DNA of 64,000 nucleotides from Escherichia coli (GTDB lineage Bacteria; Pseudomonadota; Gammaproteobacteria; Enterobacterales; Enterobacteriaceae): NCBI RefSeq assembly GCF_036507355.1, contig NZ_AP027877.1; one strand, 5' to 3'. Shown piece by piece: positions 53,664 to 64,000 of this stretch (position 1 is its first letter; each line of letters starts with the position of its first letter). The notes under the pieces were generated by a model. It saw only the letters and a program-made list of their open reading frames with translations, ran no database searches and was not told where the DNA came from. The position numbers and the translations under genes were made by a program.

Positions 53664-54582
53664 CACGTTATTAACGTTACGCGACGTCCATATCAATTTC
53701 CCGGTCCGTAAAAACTGGCTTGGTAAAACTACGGAACATGTTCATGCGATTAATGGTATTGATTTACAGATCCGCCGTGGTGAAACCTTAGGGATCGTCG
53801 GCGAGTCAGGCTGCGGCAAAAGCACCCTCGCACAGCTTTTAATGGGTATGCTGCAACCGAGCCACGGGCAGTACATCCGTTCTGGCTCACAACGCATTAT
53901 GCAGATGGTGTTTCAGGACCCGCTCTCTTCGCTCAATCCGCGCTTACCGGTGTGGCGCATCATCACAGAACCGCTCTGGATAGCTAAGCATAGTAGTGAA
54001 CAACAGCGGCGAGCGTTGGCAGAGGAGCTGGCTGTGCAGGTGGGTATTCGTCCGGAGTATCTCGACCGCCTGTCTCATGCGTTCTCCGGCGGGCAGCGGC
54101 AACGCATCGCCATTGCCAGAGCACTCTCTTCGCAGCCTGACGTGATTGTGCTTGATGAGCCAACCTCTGCGCTGGATATCTCCGTGCAGGCGCAGATCCT
54201 CAATTTACTGGTAACGCTACAGGAAAATCACGGGCTGACTTATGTGCTGATTTCACACAATGTCTCGGTGATATGTCATATGAGCGATCGGGTGGCGGTG
54301 ATGTATCTCGGGCAGATTGTAGAACTGGGCGACGCGCAGCAGGTGCTGACGGCACCTGCACATCCATACACCCGATTATTGCTGGATTCCCTCCCCGCCA
54401 TTAATAAACCGCTGGAGGAAGAATGGGCATTACGTAAAACGGATCTGCCGGGAAACCGCACGTTGCCGCAAGGCTGTTTTTTCCGCGAACGTTGCCCCCT
54501 TGCAACCAGCGGATGCGAAGTCCGGCAATCATTAACGACGCGGGCTGACGGACGTGAGATCCGTTGCTGGCGGGCGCTGTAG
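53656..54582 (+). CDS. ddpF: dipeptide ABC transporter ATPase DdpF (308 aa)
   Basis: Walker A GESGCGKS, signature FSGGQRQR. Confidence 0.9.
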   Translation: MSDTLLTLRDVHINFPVRKNWLGKTTEHVHAINGIDLQIRRGETLGIVGESGCGKSTLAQLLMGMLQPSHGQYIRSGSQRIMQMVFQDPLSSLNPRLPVWRIITEPLWIAKHSSEQQRRALAEELAVQVGIRPEYLDRLSHAFSGGQRQRIAIARALSSQPDVIVLDEPTSALDISVQAQILNLLVTLQENHGLTYVLISHNVSVICHMSDRVAVMYLGQIVELGDAQQVLTAPAHPYTRLLLDSLPAINKPLEEEWALRKTDLPGNRTLPQGCFFRERCPLATSGCEVRQSLTTRADGREIRCWRAL

Positions 54583-54618
54583 GACGCGGCATCCGGCTAT
54601 TGCATGTCTGCGGAAACG

Positions 54619-55509
54619 TTATGCGTCATAGGTTTTTTTTAACGTTTCCATCAACGCCTGCGCCGCAGTAGAAAGCTTATGGTGTGACGAACGCAGTACG
54701 CCTACTCGTCGCTCAATCACTGGATTATCCAGTTCCAGACACACTGCGCCCAGTTCGCTCATCTGCCTGCGGCACAGCGCAGGCACAGCGCTTCCTCCCA
54801 AACCGTTTGCCACCAGCCGCCCAACCGTAACCAGTTGATGGCTTTCCAGCGCCACTTCCAGTTGCGTTCCACTTTGTGCCAACTGCTCCTCCAGCATCAA
54901 CCTGACGGCTGACGGTCGCTGGAGGGTGATAAAATCGAGCGTCAGCAAATCCCGCCAACTCACGCGTTGCCGATTTGCCAGTCGTGAATCTGCTGGAACA
55001 ATAGCGACAAACCGATCCACGCCCAGTGGGGTAAAATGCACATGGCCGCAATAGTCAGGTTCAAAGGCAATACCCATCTCCACACGCCCTTCGCTCACCA
55101 TTTCGATCACCTGCTCATTCACCACATCGTGCACGGTGACATTAATCCCTGAATAACAATCGCGGAAGGTTTTCAGCACCGGAGGCAGAACGTTGGCTGC
55201 AAATGACGGCATCGCTGCCACCGAGACTTTGCCCCGCCTGAGCGTGAATCGCTGACGCATGGCCTCCTCAGTGTTATCCCAGTCAGCCAGCAAAGGCCGT
55301 GCCATCGACAATAGCGTTTCCCCCTCCTGGGTTAATGTCACTTTTCGCGTAGTACGCAGCAGTAAAGCGCCCCCTAAGGCATCTTCCAGTCCTTTAATGG
55401 CAAGACTTAGCGCAGGCTGCGACATATTCAGCCGTTCACTGGCATGGGCAAAGTTCAGAGTGTGAGCTACCGCTAAAAACGCGCGTAACTGTTTGATGCT
55501 CATTTTCAT
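54619..55509 (-). CDS. LysR-family transcriptional regulator (296 aa), divergent from the CoA-transferase operon
   Basis: N-terminal LysR HTH (IKQLRAFLAVAHTLNFAHASERLNMSQPALS), C-terminal substrate-binding domain. Confidence 0.85.
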   Translation of the reverse strand: MKMSIKQLRAFLAVAHTLNFAHASERLNMSQPALSLAIKGLEDALGGALLLRTTRKVTLTQEGETLLSMARPLLADWDNTEEAMRQRFTLRRGKVSVAAMPSFAANVLPPVLKTFRDCYSGINVTVHDVVNEQVIEMVSEGRVEMGIAFEPDYCGHVHFTPLGVDRFVAIVPADSRLANRQRVSWRDLLTLDFITLQRPSAVRLMLEEQLAQSGTQLEVALESHQLVTVGRLVANGLGGSAVPALCRRQMSELGAVCLELDNPVIERRVGVLRSSHHKLSTAAQALMETLKKTYDA

Positions 55510-55650
55510 CTGGCACTCCGTTAACCTACTGAATACATTTAATTAACATTATATTGATAAATAATACAAATGAATGAGTCACAAATTTAAAATTAACAAA
55601 TCATTTTTTGCCCTTAATGATGTTGAAAAGGACAACTGGAGGGCAACTGT

Positions 55651-56358
55651 ATGGCTGGGTTGGATAAACGGGTCGCTACGTATCACGAGGCGCTTGAAGG
55701 ACTTACCAATGAGATGACGATTCTGGCAGGAGGTTTTGGCCTGTGCGGCATCCCGGAGAATCTGATTGCTGAAGTTCGCCACCGTGGAGTAACCGGATTA
55801 ACGGTGGTTTCCAATAACTGTGGCGTAGATGGTTTTGGACTGGGTGTACTACTGGAAAGCCGACAGATCCGTAAAGTCGTCGCTTCTTATGTTGGCGAGA
55901 ATGCTTTGTTTGAAAAACAGGTGCTTAACGGCGAACTGGAGGCGATTCTCACACCACAAGGAACCCTGGCAGAACAACTGCGCGCAGGCGGCGCGGGTAT
56001 CCCGGCGTTCTTTACTGCCACCGGTTACGGTACTCCCGTTGCCGAAGGGAAAGAAGTCCGCGAATTCAACGGTCGCCCGTACATCATGGAACAGGCTATC
56101 ACCGGTGATTTTGCCCTGGTCAAAGGCTGGAAAGCCGACTGGTACGGCAACGTGATTTATCGTCATACCGCGCAAAACTTCAACCCACTGATGGCGGCTG
56201 CCGGAAAAATCACCGTGGTGGAAGTGGAAGAAATAGTGCCACCTGGTGAACTAGATCCTGCCGCTATCCATACCCCGGGGATTTTTGTTAATCGCGTCAT
56301 TCAGGGGCAATTTGAAAAACGCATTGAACAACGCACCCTTAGCCGCAAAGGAGCCTGA
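55651..56358 (+). CDS. 3-oxoacid CoA-transferase subunit A (235 aa, AtoD/ScoA-like)
   Basis: Family-I CoA-transferase alpha subunit ([12 protein letters not shown]); RBS GGAGG upstream. Confidence 0.85.
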   Translation: MAGLDKRVATYHEALEGLTNEMTILAGGFGLCGIPENLIAEVRHRGVTGLTVVSNNCGVDGFGLGVLLESRQIRKVVASYVGENALFEKQVLNGELEAILTPQGTLAEQLRAGGAGIPAFFTATGYGTPVAEGKEVREFNGRPYIMEQAITGDFALVKGWKADWYGNVIYRHTAQNFNPLMAAAGKITVVEVEEIVPPGELDPAAIHTPGIFVNRVIQGQFEKRIEQRTLSRKGA

Positions 56359-56360
56359 CC

Positions 56361-57017
56361 ATGTTAACCCGTGAACAAATGGCGATGCGAGTCGCCCGCG
56401 AATTGCGCGATGGCTATTACGTCAATCTCGGAATTGGTATCCCGACCCTGGTGGCAAACTACATTCCTGACGGGATGGATGTGATGTTGCAGTCAGAAAA
56501 CGGTTTGCTGGGAATGGGCGCATTTCCTACGGAAGACGAACTGGACGCCGACATGATTAATGCCGGTAAACAAACCGTTACCGCGCGGAAAGGCGCGGCA
56601 ATTTTCGATTCGGCGCAATCATTCGCCATGATCCGTGGCGGTCATGTGGATCTGACTGTACTTGGCGCATTTGAAGTGGATGTGAATGGCAACATTGCCT
56701 CATGGATGATCCCCGGCAAGATGGTTAAAGGCATGGGCGGTGCCATGGATCTGGTTGCCGGTGCCGAGAATATTATTGTGGTAATGACCCACGCCTCGAA
56801 ATCCGGCGAATCCAAACTGCTTCCTGACTGTACCCTTCCGTTGACCGGCGCCGGATGCATCAAACGCGTCTTAACCGACCTTGCTCTGCTGGAAATTGCT
56901 GACGGAGTTTTCATTCTGCGCGAGCGCGCGCCGGGAATCAGCGTTGCGGAAATCATCGCCAAAACCGCCGGTAAGTTGTTTGTGCCGGAACATGTCCCGG
57001 AAATGCAATTCAACTGA
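56361..57017 (+). CDS. 3-oxoacid CoA-transferase subunit B (218 aa, AtoA/ScoB-like)
   Basis: Beta-subunit with catalytic-Glu region (ENGLLGMG); 2 bp after subunit A. Confidence 0.85.
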   Translation: MLTREQMAMRVARELRDGYYVNLGIGIPTLVANYIPDGMDVMLQSENGLLGMGAFPTEDELDADMINAGKQTVTARKGAAIFDSAQSFAMIRGGHVDLTVLGAFEVDVNGNIASWMIPGKMVKGMGGAMDLVAGAENIIVVMTHASKSGESKLLPDCTLPLTGAGCIKRVLTDLALLEIADGVFILRERAPGISVAEIIAKTAGKLFVPEHVPEMQFN

Positions 57018-57026
57018 GGAATCACG

Positions 57027-58232
57027 ATGCAGGACGTTGTTATTGTTGCCGCTACGCGCACGCCGATTGGCTGTTTTCATGGCGCTCTCGCCCCACTTTC
57101 TGCGGTTGATCTCGGTGCTGCCACCATTCGTTCGTTGCTGGAGAAAACAGCACTTGCAGCAGAACAGATCGACGAAGTGATTTTTGGTCAGGTCCTGATC
57201 GCCGGAAGCGGACAAAACCCGGCACGACAATCGGCGCTCAAAGCCGGGTTAAGCCACAATACACCCGCCGTTACCATCAACCTGGTATGTGGTTCCGGTC
57301 TGAAAGCCGTACACCAGGCAGTGCAGGCGATCCGTTGCGGTGATGCACAGATAATTATCGCAGGTGGCCAGGAAAGCATGAGCAACGCGCCCTATTTTAT
57401 TGATGGCGCACGGGCAGGTTTACGCCTCGGGCATACCAGCATGAAAGACAGCGTGGTGCATGACGGACTATGGGACGCTTTCAATGATTACCACATGGGC
57501 ATTACTGCAGAAAACCTGGCGCAAAAATATGCCATCAGTCGCGAGCGACAGGACACATTCGCGCTACGTTCTCAGCAAAAAGCCGCTGCCGCAATGGAAG
57601 CCGGGCGCTTTGCAGACGAAATTACTCCGGTCAGCGTACCACAAGGTAAAAAACCACCACGCAGGGTAAATACCGACGAACAACCACGTTCCGGGACGCA
57701 ACTGGAAAAACTAGCACAACTGAAACCGGCCTTTCTTCCGGGGGCGGGAAGCGTCACCGCAGGAAATGCTTCTTCCATCAATGATGGTGCCGCCGCAGTC
57801 ATGTTAATGCGTGCCAGCAAAGCTGCCGAACTTGGCCTCCCAGTGCTGGCTCGGGTGGCTGGTTATGCCGTTTCTGGCGTCGATCCTGCCTTTATGGGCA
57901 TTGGTCCGGTCGCCGCTACCCGCGAATGTCTTAAGCGTTGCGGATGGACGCTGGAAGATATTGATCTTATTGAAGCCAACGAGGCTTTCGCAGCGCAGGC
58001 GCTGGCTGTTGGCGACGAACTGAACTGGGATTGCGACAAAGTGAATGTTAACGGCGGCGCAATCGCACTTGGGCATCCTATTGGCGCTTCCGGTTGCCGC
58101 ATTCTGGTCACTCTCATTTATGAAATGGCGCGACGTAATGCGCAAAAAGGGCTGGCGACGCTGTGCGTCGGTGGCGGTCAGGGCGTGGCGCTGACACTGG
58201 AAAGAACCACAGGAGAACACCATGCAAACTGA
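57027..58232 (+). CDS. acetyl-CoA C-acetyltransferase (thiolase II, 401 aa)
   Basis: Thiolase N-terminus ([12 protein letters not shown]), active-site Cys region (NLVCGSGL), C-terminal CVGGGQG. Confidence 0.85.
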   Translation: MQDVVIVAATRTPIGCFHGALAPLSAVDLGAATIRSLLEKTALAAEQIDEVIFGQVLIAGSGQNPARQSALKAGLSHNTPAVTINLVCGSGLKAVHQAVQAIRCGDAQIIIAGGQESMSNAPYFIDGARAGLRLGHTSMKDSVVHDGLWDAFNDYHMGITAENLAQKYAISRERQDTFALRSQQKAAAAMEAGRFADEITPVSVPQGKKPPRRVNTDEQPRSGTQLEKLAQLKPAFLPGAGSVTAGNASSINDGAAAVMLMRASKAAELGLPVLARVAGYAVSGVDPAFMGIGPVAATRECLKRCGWTLEDIDLIEANEAFAAQALAVGDELNWDCDKVNVNGGAIALGHPIGASGCRILVTLIYEMARRNAQKGLATLCVGGGQGVALTLERTTGEHHAN

Positions 58233-59145
58233 ACAATTTGCGGTACTGGGCGCCGGATTGATGGGCGTGGGGATTGCCACTCATTTCGCCCGCTTTGGTC
58301 ATGATATCTGGCTGTACGATACCGAGCAGAGCCGGATTGCAGAAATCCACGTAGTTGCAGGCGGAATTCTTGATGAGCTGATTAGCTGCGAACAGTTTAC
58401 TGCCCCGGAAAAAGAGAATGTGCTTAAACGTCTGCACGGCACGACTTCTCTTGCAGACATCGCCGACTCGCAACTACTGATTGAGGCGATCCCGGAGCGA
58501 CTTGAACTAAAACACGCATTATATACCGAGCTTGAAACGCTTATTTCTCCTGAGGCCATTGTCGCCAGCAATACCAGCGGTCTGCCGCCCGATGATCTGG
58601 CCGCGAAGATGCGCTACCCGCAACGACTGCTGATCGCCCATTTCTGGCATCCGCCGCACTTCATTCCACTCGTGGAGATTATCCCCGGCAGCGTTACCGA
58701 GCCAAAGCATTTGCACTGGCTGCAACACTTGCTTGTGTCACTGCAACTGGAAGCAGTGTTGCTGGATCGCGCTGCGCCAGGATTTGTCGGCAACCGTCTG
58801 CAATTTGCACTGTTGCGTGAAGCCCTGCATATCGTAAAAAGCGGCATCGCCAGTGCAGAAGTGGTGGATCAGGTGATGCGCGCCTCGCTTGGGCGACGTT
58901 ATGCCATGGTCGGCCCGCTGGAGGCCGCCGACATGACCGGACTTTCGACGGTGCAGGATATTTGTCGCCATCTGCTCCCTGAACTAGCGACTGGCAGCGA
59001 CATGATGTCATTAGTTGCCGAAAAAGTGGAACGTGGAGACATCGGCGTACGTAGCGGTCAGGGATTTTACTGCTGGGATGAATCGCGGAAGCAGTACATC
59101 CAGCAGCGTCGGGAACATCAACTTCGCTTCGCCCTTAAACCATAA
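58222..59145 (+). CDS. 3-hydroxyacyl-CoA dehydrogenase-family protein (307 aa)
   Basis: NAD-binding GAGLMG Rossmann motif, NTSGL motif typical of the 3HCDH family; 11-bp overlap with the thiolase gene. Confidence 0.75.
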   Translation: MQTEQFAVLGAGLMGVGIATHFARFGHDIWLYDTEQSRIAEIHVVAGGILDELISCEQFTAPEKENVLKRLHGTTSLADIADSQLLIEAIPERLELKHALYTELETLISPEAIVASNTSGLPPDDLAAKMRYPQRLLIAHFWHPPHFIPLVEIIPGSVTEPKHLHWLQHLLVSLQLEAVLLDRAAPGFVGNRLQFALLREALHIVKSGIASAEVVDQVMRASLGRRYAMVGPLEAADMTGLSTVQDICRHLLPELATGSDMMSLVAEKVERGDIGVRSGQGFYCWDESRKQYIQQRREHQLRFALKP

Positions 59146-59190
59146 CTTCTCTCGCTGTACCCACTATAACAACGATATTGAGGAGTCCCG

Positions 59191-60582
59191 ATGAGTGTAT
59201 TAATCGCCCTTGCCGCGCTTGGGCTGCTAATGCTGGCAGCCTATCGCGGATACAGCGTTATCCTTTTTGCCCCCATCGCAGCATTAGGCGCTGTTCTTGT
59301 CACCGATCCGGGGGCCGTTGGCCCAGCATTTACCGGCCTGTTCATGGAAAAAATGGTCGGCTTCGTGAAATTGTACTTCCCGGTGTTTCTGCTCGGGGCC
59401 GTGTTCGGAAAACTGATTGAACTTTCAGGATTTTCTCGTTCGATTGTCGCTGCTGCAATCAACATTCTCGGCCGGCGGCATGCGATTCCGGTGATTGTGC
59501 TGGTATGTGCATTACTCACCTATGGCGGAGTGTCGCTGTTTGTGGTGGCATTTGCCGTTTATCCGTTCGCGGCTGAACTGTTCCGCCAGAGTAACATCCC
59601 AAAACGACTTATACCGGCAACGGTGGCCCTGGGGGCATTCTCTTTTACTATGGACGCTCTGCCCAGCACGCCACAAATTCAGAACATTATTCCTACCAGT
59701 TTCTTTGGCACCAACGCCTGGGCCGCGCCGTGGCTGGGGCTTATTGGTTCACTGTTTATCATTGCCGTCGGGCTTATCTATCTGGAGCGGCAGCGTCGTA
59801 AAGCGCAGGCAAAAAATGAAGGTTACGGCACAGAGTTACTTAATGAACCTGAAACACCAGATAACATCAATTTACCGAACCCACTCATTGCGATTTCACC
59901 ATTGATTCTGGTGGGGCTGTTGAACTTGTTGTTTACCTGGTGGATCCCTGTTTGGTACGGTGCGAGCCACCAACTGGAGTTGCCGGGACTTGCCGCCCCG
60001 ATTACCACAGATGTCGCCAAAATCACCGCAATCTGGGCCGTCGAAGCTGCGCTCATTGCCGGAATTTTGCTGGTAGTGATTTTTGGATATCGCAATATTC
60101 ATGGAAGACTGGCAGAAGGAAGCCGTACAGCGGTGGGCGGCGCAATTCTGGCTGCGATGAACACCGCCTCAGAATATGGCTTCGGTGCGGTTATCGCCGC
60201 CCTACCCGGTTTTCTGGTGCTCTCAAAGGCGCTGGCCGCCATTCCTGATCCATTACTCAACGAAGCCATCAGCATCACCACACTTGCCGGAATTACCGGT
60301 TCAGCGTCCGGCGGGATGAGTATTGCTCTTGCGGCTATGTCCGACACTTTTATTGCCGCTGCGCACGCTGCCAATATTCCACTGGAAGTTTTTCACCGCG
60401 TGGCATCTATGGCCAGTGGCGGCATGGATACATTGCCCCATAACGGCGCTGTGATCACCCTGCTGGCAATTACTGGGCTGAGTCACCGTCAGGCTTACGG
60501 CGGCATCTTCGCAATTACGATCATTAAAAGTCTGGCCGTGCTGTTTATCATCGGCGTGTACTACACCACCGGCATTGTCTAA
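59191..60582 (+). CDS. GntP-family permease (463 aa), candidate 3-hydroxybutyrate transporter
   Basis: Polytopic membrane ORF of GntP-like length, inside the catabolic operon; substrate is inferred from context only. Confidence 0.65.
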   Translation: MSVLIALAALGLLMLAAYRGYSVILFAPIAALGAVLVTDPGAVGPAFTGLFMEKMVGFVKLYFPVFLLGAVFGKLIELSGFSRSIVAAAINILGRRHAIPVIVLVCALLTYGGVSLFVVAFAVYPFAAELFRQSNIPKRLIPATVALGAFSFTMDALPSTPQIQNIIPTSFFGTNAWAAPWLGLIGSLFIIAVGLIYLERQRRKAQAKNEGYGTELLNEPETPDNINLPNPLIAISPLILVGLLNLLFTWWIPVWYGASHQLELPGLAAPITTDVAKITAIWAVEAALIAGILLVVIFGYRNIHGRLAEGSRTAVGGAILAAMNTASEYGFGAVIAALPGFLVLSKALAAIPDPLLNEAISITTLAGITGSASGGMSIALAAMSDTFIAAAHAANIPLEVFHRVASMASGGMDTLPHNGAVITLLAITGLSHRQAYGGIFAITIIKSLAVLFIIGVYYTTGIV

Positions 60583-60593
60583 GGAAAATCATC

Positions 60594-61364
60594 ATGAATT
60601 TACAAGGTAAAACTGCGCTGGTGACGGGGTCCACCAGCGGTATCGGACTCGGTATTGCTCAGACACTGGCAAACGCTGGCGCGCAAGTGATCCTCAACGG
60701 CTTCGGTGATGTTGACGCGGCAATCAATGCGGTTTCTCGTATGGGTAAAACGCCTGGCTATCATGAGGCAGACCTCAGCGATGAATCGCAAATTATCAAC
60801 ATGGTGGCCTACGCATGGCGGGAATTTGGCGGTGTGGACATTCTGGTGAATAACGCCGGGATCCAGTATGTCTCCCCGGTTGAATCTTTCCCTGTAGAAA
60901 AATGGAACGCCATTATCGCTATCAATCTCTCTTCTGTCTTTCACACCACGCGTCTGGCACTGCCAGAAATGCGCACTCGTAACTGGGGTCGGATCATTAA
61001 CATTGCCTCTGTGCATGGGCTGGTAGCGTCGAAAGACAAATCAGCTTATGTTGCGGCAAAACATGGCGTGGTGGGACTCACAAAGACCATTGCTCTGGAA
61101 ACTGCGCAGACCGGTATTACCTGCAACGCGCTCTGCCCTGGCTGGGTGCTGACGCCGCTGGTACAACAGCAGATTGATAAGCGCATTGCGCAAGGCGAAG
61201 ATGCGGAAAGCGCGCGTGACGCCTTACTGGCAGAAAAACAGCCTTCTCGTGAATTTGTGACTCCGCAACAACTGGGTGAACTGGCGCTGTTTCTCTGTTC
61301 GGATGCGGCAGCACAAGTGCGTGGGGTGGCGTGGAATATGGATGGCGGTTGGGTAGCGCAGTAA
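60594..61364 (+). CDS. short-chain dehydrogenase, 3-hydroxybutyrate-dehydrogenase-like (256 aa)
   Basis: TGSTSGIG cofactor motif, catalytic YxxxK (YVAAK), NAG motif; resembles BdhA-type SDRs. Confidence 0.8.
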   Translation: MNLQGKTALVTGSTSGIGLGIAQTLANAGAQVILNGFGDVDAAINAVSRMGKTPGYHEADLSDESQIINMVAYAWREFGGVDILVNNAGIQYVSPVESFPVEKWNAIIAINLSSVFHTTRLALPEMRTRNWGRIINIASVHGLVASKDKSAYVAAKHGVVGLTKTIALETAQTGITCNALCPGWVLTPLVQQQIDKRIAQGEDAESARDALLAEKQPSREFVTPQQLGELALFLCSDAAAQVRGVAWNMDGGWVAQ

Positions 61365-61370
61365 GTGTTC

Positions 61371-61392
61371 GCCGGATGACGCGTCATCCGGC
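61371..61392. terminator. 22-bp perfect palindrome between the convergent SDR gene and osmC (candidate bidirectional terminator or REP-like unit)
   Basis: GCCGGATGACG/CGTCATCCGGC, 6 bp after the SDR stop and 6 bp before the osmC stop. Confidence 0.5.
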
Positions 61393-61398
61393 AATGCT

Positions 61399-61830
61399 TT
61401 ACGATTTCAACTGGTAATCCAGCGTAATTTCCGCTTTCAGTACCTGAGAGACCGGGCATCCTGCTTTTGCTTTCTGGATGATGCCGTCAAAGGTAGAGGC
61501 ATCAATACCCGGCACCGCAACTTCACTCTTCAGTGCGATTTTCGTAATCGCAAAACCGGCATCCACTTTATCCAGCGACACATCGGCGGTGGTATCAATC
61601 GATGTTGGCGTGAATCCCGCTTCCCCCAGCATTAATGAAAGCGCCATTGAGAAACATGCGGCATGCGCTGCGCCAATCAGTTCTTCAGGGTTGGTTCCTT
61701 TTTCGCCTTCAAAACGCGTGTTAAATCCATACGGCTGTTGGTTCAGCACGCCACTCTCGGTGGATACTGTTCCCTTCCCGCGTTTGATATCGCCTTCCCA
61801 GTGTGCCTGACCTTTCTTATGGATTGTCAT
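61399..61830 (-). CDS. osmC: osmotically inducible peroxiredoxin OsmC (143 aa)
   Basis: MTIHKKGQAHWEGDIKRGKGTVSTESG...; OsmC/Ohr fold with conserved Cys pair. Confidence 0.95.
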   Translation of the reverse strand: MTIHKKGQAHWEGDIKRGKGTVSTESGVLNQQPYGFNTRFEGEKGTNPEELIGAAHAACFSMALSLMLGEAGFTPTSIDTTADVSLDKVDAGFAITKIALKSEVAVPGIDASTFDGIIQKAKAGCPVSQVLKAEITLDYQLKS

Positions 61831-62174
61831 TGTTGCTCTCCTGTGGGCTTAAAAAGGAAATTATAGACTACGTGAGAAACCGCACGAGGATAAGCAGGAT
61901 ATTCCGAATAAAATACGGCGAAAATATTACTTCTGCACTTAAATTAAATTCCCACAATAGATAACCGGAAATATATATCTCAAGAGAGATTGCATCAATA
62001 TTAATCAACTCATCACAATAATAATACCTATCAATATCATGGGTTTAAAATATAAAAATCATCAACCAGGACTAATCTTAACAACGAAGCGGCAAATATT
62101 TGCCATGCTGAATGTGCTTTATAAATCTGCGATCCGTAGCAGACACTATAAATACACAGACACGGAGAATCGCT

Positions 62175-62390
62175 ATGTTTACTTATTATCAGGCAGAAAA
62201 TTCAACAGCAGAACCCGCTCTGGTTAATGCCATTGAGCAAGGCCTTCGGGCAGAGCACGGTGTTGTCACTGAAGATGACATTCTCATGGAGCTGACCAAA
62301 TGGGTGGAAGCTTCTGATAACGACATCCTCAGTGATATCTACCAGCAAACGATCAATTATGTGGTCAGTGGCCAGCACCCTACGCTTTAA
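62175..62390 (+). CDS. bdm: biofilm-dependent modulation protein Bdm (71 aa)
   Basis: MFTYYQAENSTAEPALVNAIEQGLRAEHGVVTEDDILMELTKWVEASDND...; internal ATG at 62175 chosen to give 71 aa. Confidence 0.85.
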   Translation: MFTYYQAENSTAEPALVNAIEQGLRAEHGVVTEDDILMELTKWVEASDNDILSDIYQQTINYVVSGQHPTL

Positions 62391-62491
62391 GGTGCTATGC
62401 TTGATCGGCAACCTAATTTAGGGGTTTAGCACGTGTTTCTTCGCTACGGCGATGTTGTCCTTAAAACTAGCAACAGGATTGAGGAGTTAAA

Positions 62492-62629
62492 ATGAAATCG
62501 AACCGTCAGGCACGTCATATTCTTGGACTGGACCATAAAATTTCTAACCAGCGCAAAATAGTTACCGAAGGTGACAAATCCAGCGTGGTAAATAACCCAA
62601 CAGGCAGAAAACGCCCCGCTGAAAAGTAA
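62492..62629 (+). CDS. sra: stationary-phase ribosome-associated protein Sra (45 aa)
   Basis: Read by hand: ATG 62492, [48 protein letters not shown] at 62627; RBS GAGGAG upstream. Too short for the ORF track. Confidence 0.8.
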
Positions 62630-62785
62630 TTCATAACCATCAGTCCTCAATGACGATTAAACACCATTGCCTGCGCAATGGTGTTTTTGTTTTTATCTGC
62701 TTTATACTTGGGGCCGACGCCCTGGCGGTAAAGCAAAGACGATAAAAGCGTGCCAGGGATGGATATTCAAAAAAGAGTGAGTGAC

Positions 62786-64000
62786 ATGGAACCAAAAACA
62801 AAAAAACAGCGTTCGCTTTATATCCCTTACGCTGGCCCTGTACTGCTGGAATTTCCGTTGTTGAATAAAGGCAGTGCCTTCAGCATGGAAGAACGCCGTA
62901 ACTTCAACCTGCTGGGGTTACTGCCGGAAGTGGTCGAAACCATCGAAGAACAAGCGGAACGAGCATGGATCCAGTATCAGGGATTCAAAACCGAAATCGA
63001 CAAACACATCTACCTGCGTAACATCCAGGACACTAACGAAACCCTCTTCTACCGTCTGGTAAACAATCATCTTGATGAGATGATGCCTGTTATTTATACC
63101 CCAACCGTCGGCGCAGCCTGTGAGCGTTTTTCTGAGATCTACCGCCGTTCACGCGGCGTGTTTATCTCTTACCAGAACCGGCACAATATGGACGATATTC
63201 TGCAAAACGTACCAAACCATAATATCAAAGTGATTGTGGTGACTGACGGTGAACGTATTCTGGGGCTTGGTGACCAGGGCATCGGCGGGATGGGCATTCC
63301 GATCGGTAAACTTTCGCTCTATACCGCCTGTGGCGGCATCAGCCCGGCGTATACCCTTCCGGTGGTGCTGGATGTCGGAACGAACAACCAACAGTTGCTT
63401 AACGATCCGCTGTATATGGGCTGGCGTAATCCGCGTATCACTGACGACGAATACTATGAATTCGTTGATGAATTTATCCAGGCTGTGAAACAACGCTGGC
63501 CGGACGTGCTGTTGCAGTTTGAAGACTTTGCTCAAAAAAATGCGATGCCGTTACTTAACCGCTATCGCAATGAAATTTGTTCTTTTAACGATGACATTCA
63601 GGGCACTGCGGCAGTAACAGTCGGCACACTGATCGCAGCCAGCCGCGCAGCAGGTGGTCAGTTAAGCGAGAAAAAAATCGTCTTCCTTGGCGCAGGTTCA
63701 GCGGGATGCGGCATTGCCGAAATGATCATCGCCCAGACTCAGCGTGAAGGATTAAGCGAGGAAGCGGCGCGGCAGAAAGTCTTTATGGTTGATCGCTTTG
63801 GCCTGCTGACCGACAAGATGCCGAACCTGCTGCCTTTCCAGACTAAACTGGTGCAGAAGCGCGAAAACCTCAGTGACTGGGATACCGACAGCGATGTGCT
63901 GTCACTGCTGGATGTGGTGCGCAATGTAAAACCAGATATTCTGATTGGCGTCTCAGGACAGACCGGGCTGTTTACGGAAGAGATCATCCGTGAGATGCAT
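62786..64000 (+). CDS. maeA: NAD-dependent malic enzyme, 5' portion (3' end beyond window)
   Basis: [47 protein letters not shown]...; malic-enzyme motifs; the ATG at 62786 lies below the 60-aa floor of the ORF track, which shows no + strand ORF through this region. Confidence 0.9.
   Translation, partial: MEPKTKKQRSLYIPYAGPVLLEFPLLNKGSAFSMEERRNFNLLGLLPEVVETIEEQAERAWIQYQGFKTEIDKHIYLRNIQDTNETLFYRLVNNHLDEMMPVIYTPTVGAACERFSEIYRRSRGVFISYQNRHNMDDILQNVPNHNIKVIVVTDGERILGLGDQGIGGMGIPIGKLSLYTACGGISPAYTLPVVLDVGTNNQQLLNDPLYMGWRNPRITDDEYYEFVDEFIQAVKQRWPDVLLQFEDFAQKNAMPLLNRYRNEICSFNDDIQGTAAVTVGTLIAASRAAGGQLSEKKIVFLGAGSAGCGIAEMIIAQTQREGLSEEAARQKVFMVDRFGLLTDKMPNLLPFQTKLVQKRENLSDWDTDSDVLSLLDVVRNVKPDILIGVSGQTGLFTEEIIREMH

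Noticed and set aside
62039-62227. 62-aa ORF upstream of bdm, and the extended 92-aa bdm ORF starting at 62112
   Set aside because: Bdm is a 71-aa protein starting at the internal ATG (62175); the upstream extension is promoter sequence.
1-64000. CRISPR arrays, rRNA or tRNA genes
   Set aside because: No regularly spaced direct repeats and no rRNA- or tRNA-like sequence was seen; none are expected in the corresponding K-12 interval.

Overview
This window is an Escherichia coli chromosomal segment with a K-12-like backbone, running (in reverse K-12 orientation) from tam and the lsr autoinducer-2 locus through a fimbrial cluster, the ydeP-safA-ydeO acid-resistance genes, gadBC, dosCP and ddpXABCDF to osmC-bdm-sra-maeA. 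All calls rest on reading the supplied ORF translations and sequence by eye; comparisons with K-12 are from memory, and no database search or alignment was run. Four things depart from the K-12 arrangement. (1) A 5,640-bp Tn3-family transposon (Tn1721/Tn1722-like: chemoreceptor cargo, res, tnpR, tnpA, 38-bp inverted repeats, 5-bp AAACA target duplication) sits inside lsrD and splits the lsrACDBFG operon. (2) Two near-identical IS1 copies in direct orientation, neither with a target duplication, bracket a 2.9-kb remnant: an autotransporter passenger fragment fused in frame to only the last ~142 codons of hipA, plus an AT-rich integrase-like fragment. hipB and the 5' two-thirds of hipA are absent. 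(3) The second IS1 truncates a fimbrial chaperone gene upstream of a full-length usher and ydeS/ydeR/ydeQ-like genes. (4) A ~6.8-kb cluster between ddpF and osmC (LysR regulator plus a six-gene operon for CoA-transferase A/B, thiolase, 3-hydroxyacyl-CoA dehydrogenase, permease and 3-hydroxybutyrate-dehydrogenase-like SDR) looks like a ketone-body catabolic module that I do not recall at this position in K-12. No rRNA, tRNA or CRISPR array was recognised.
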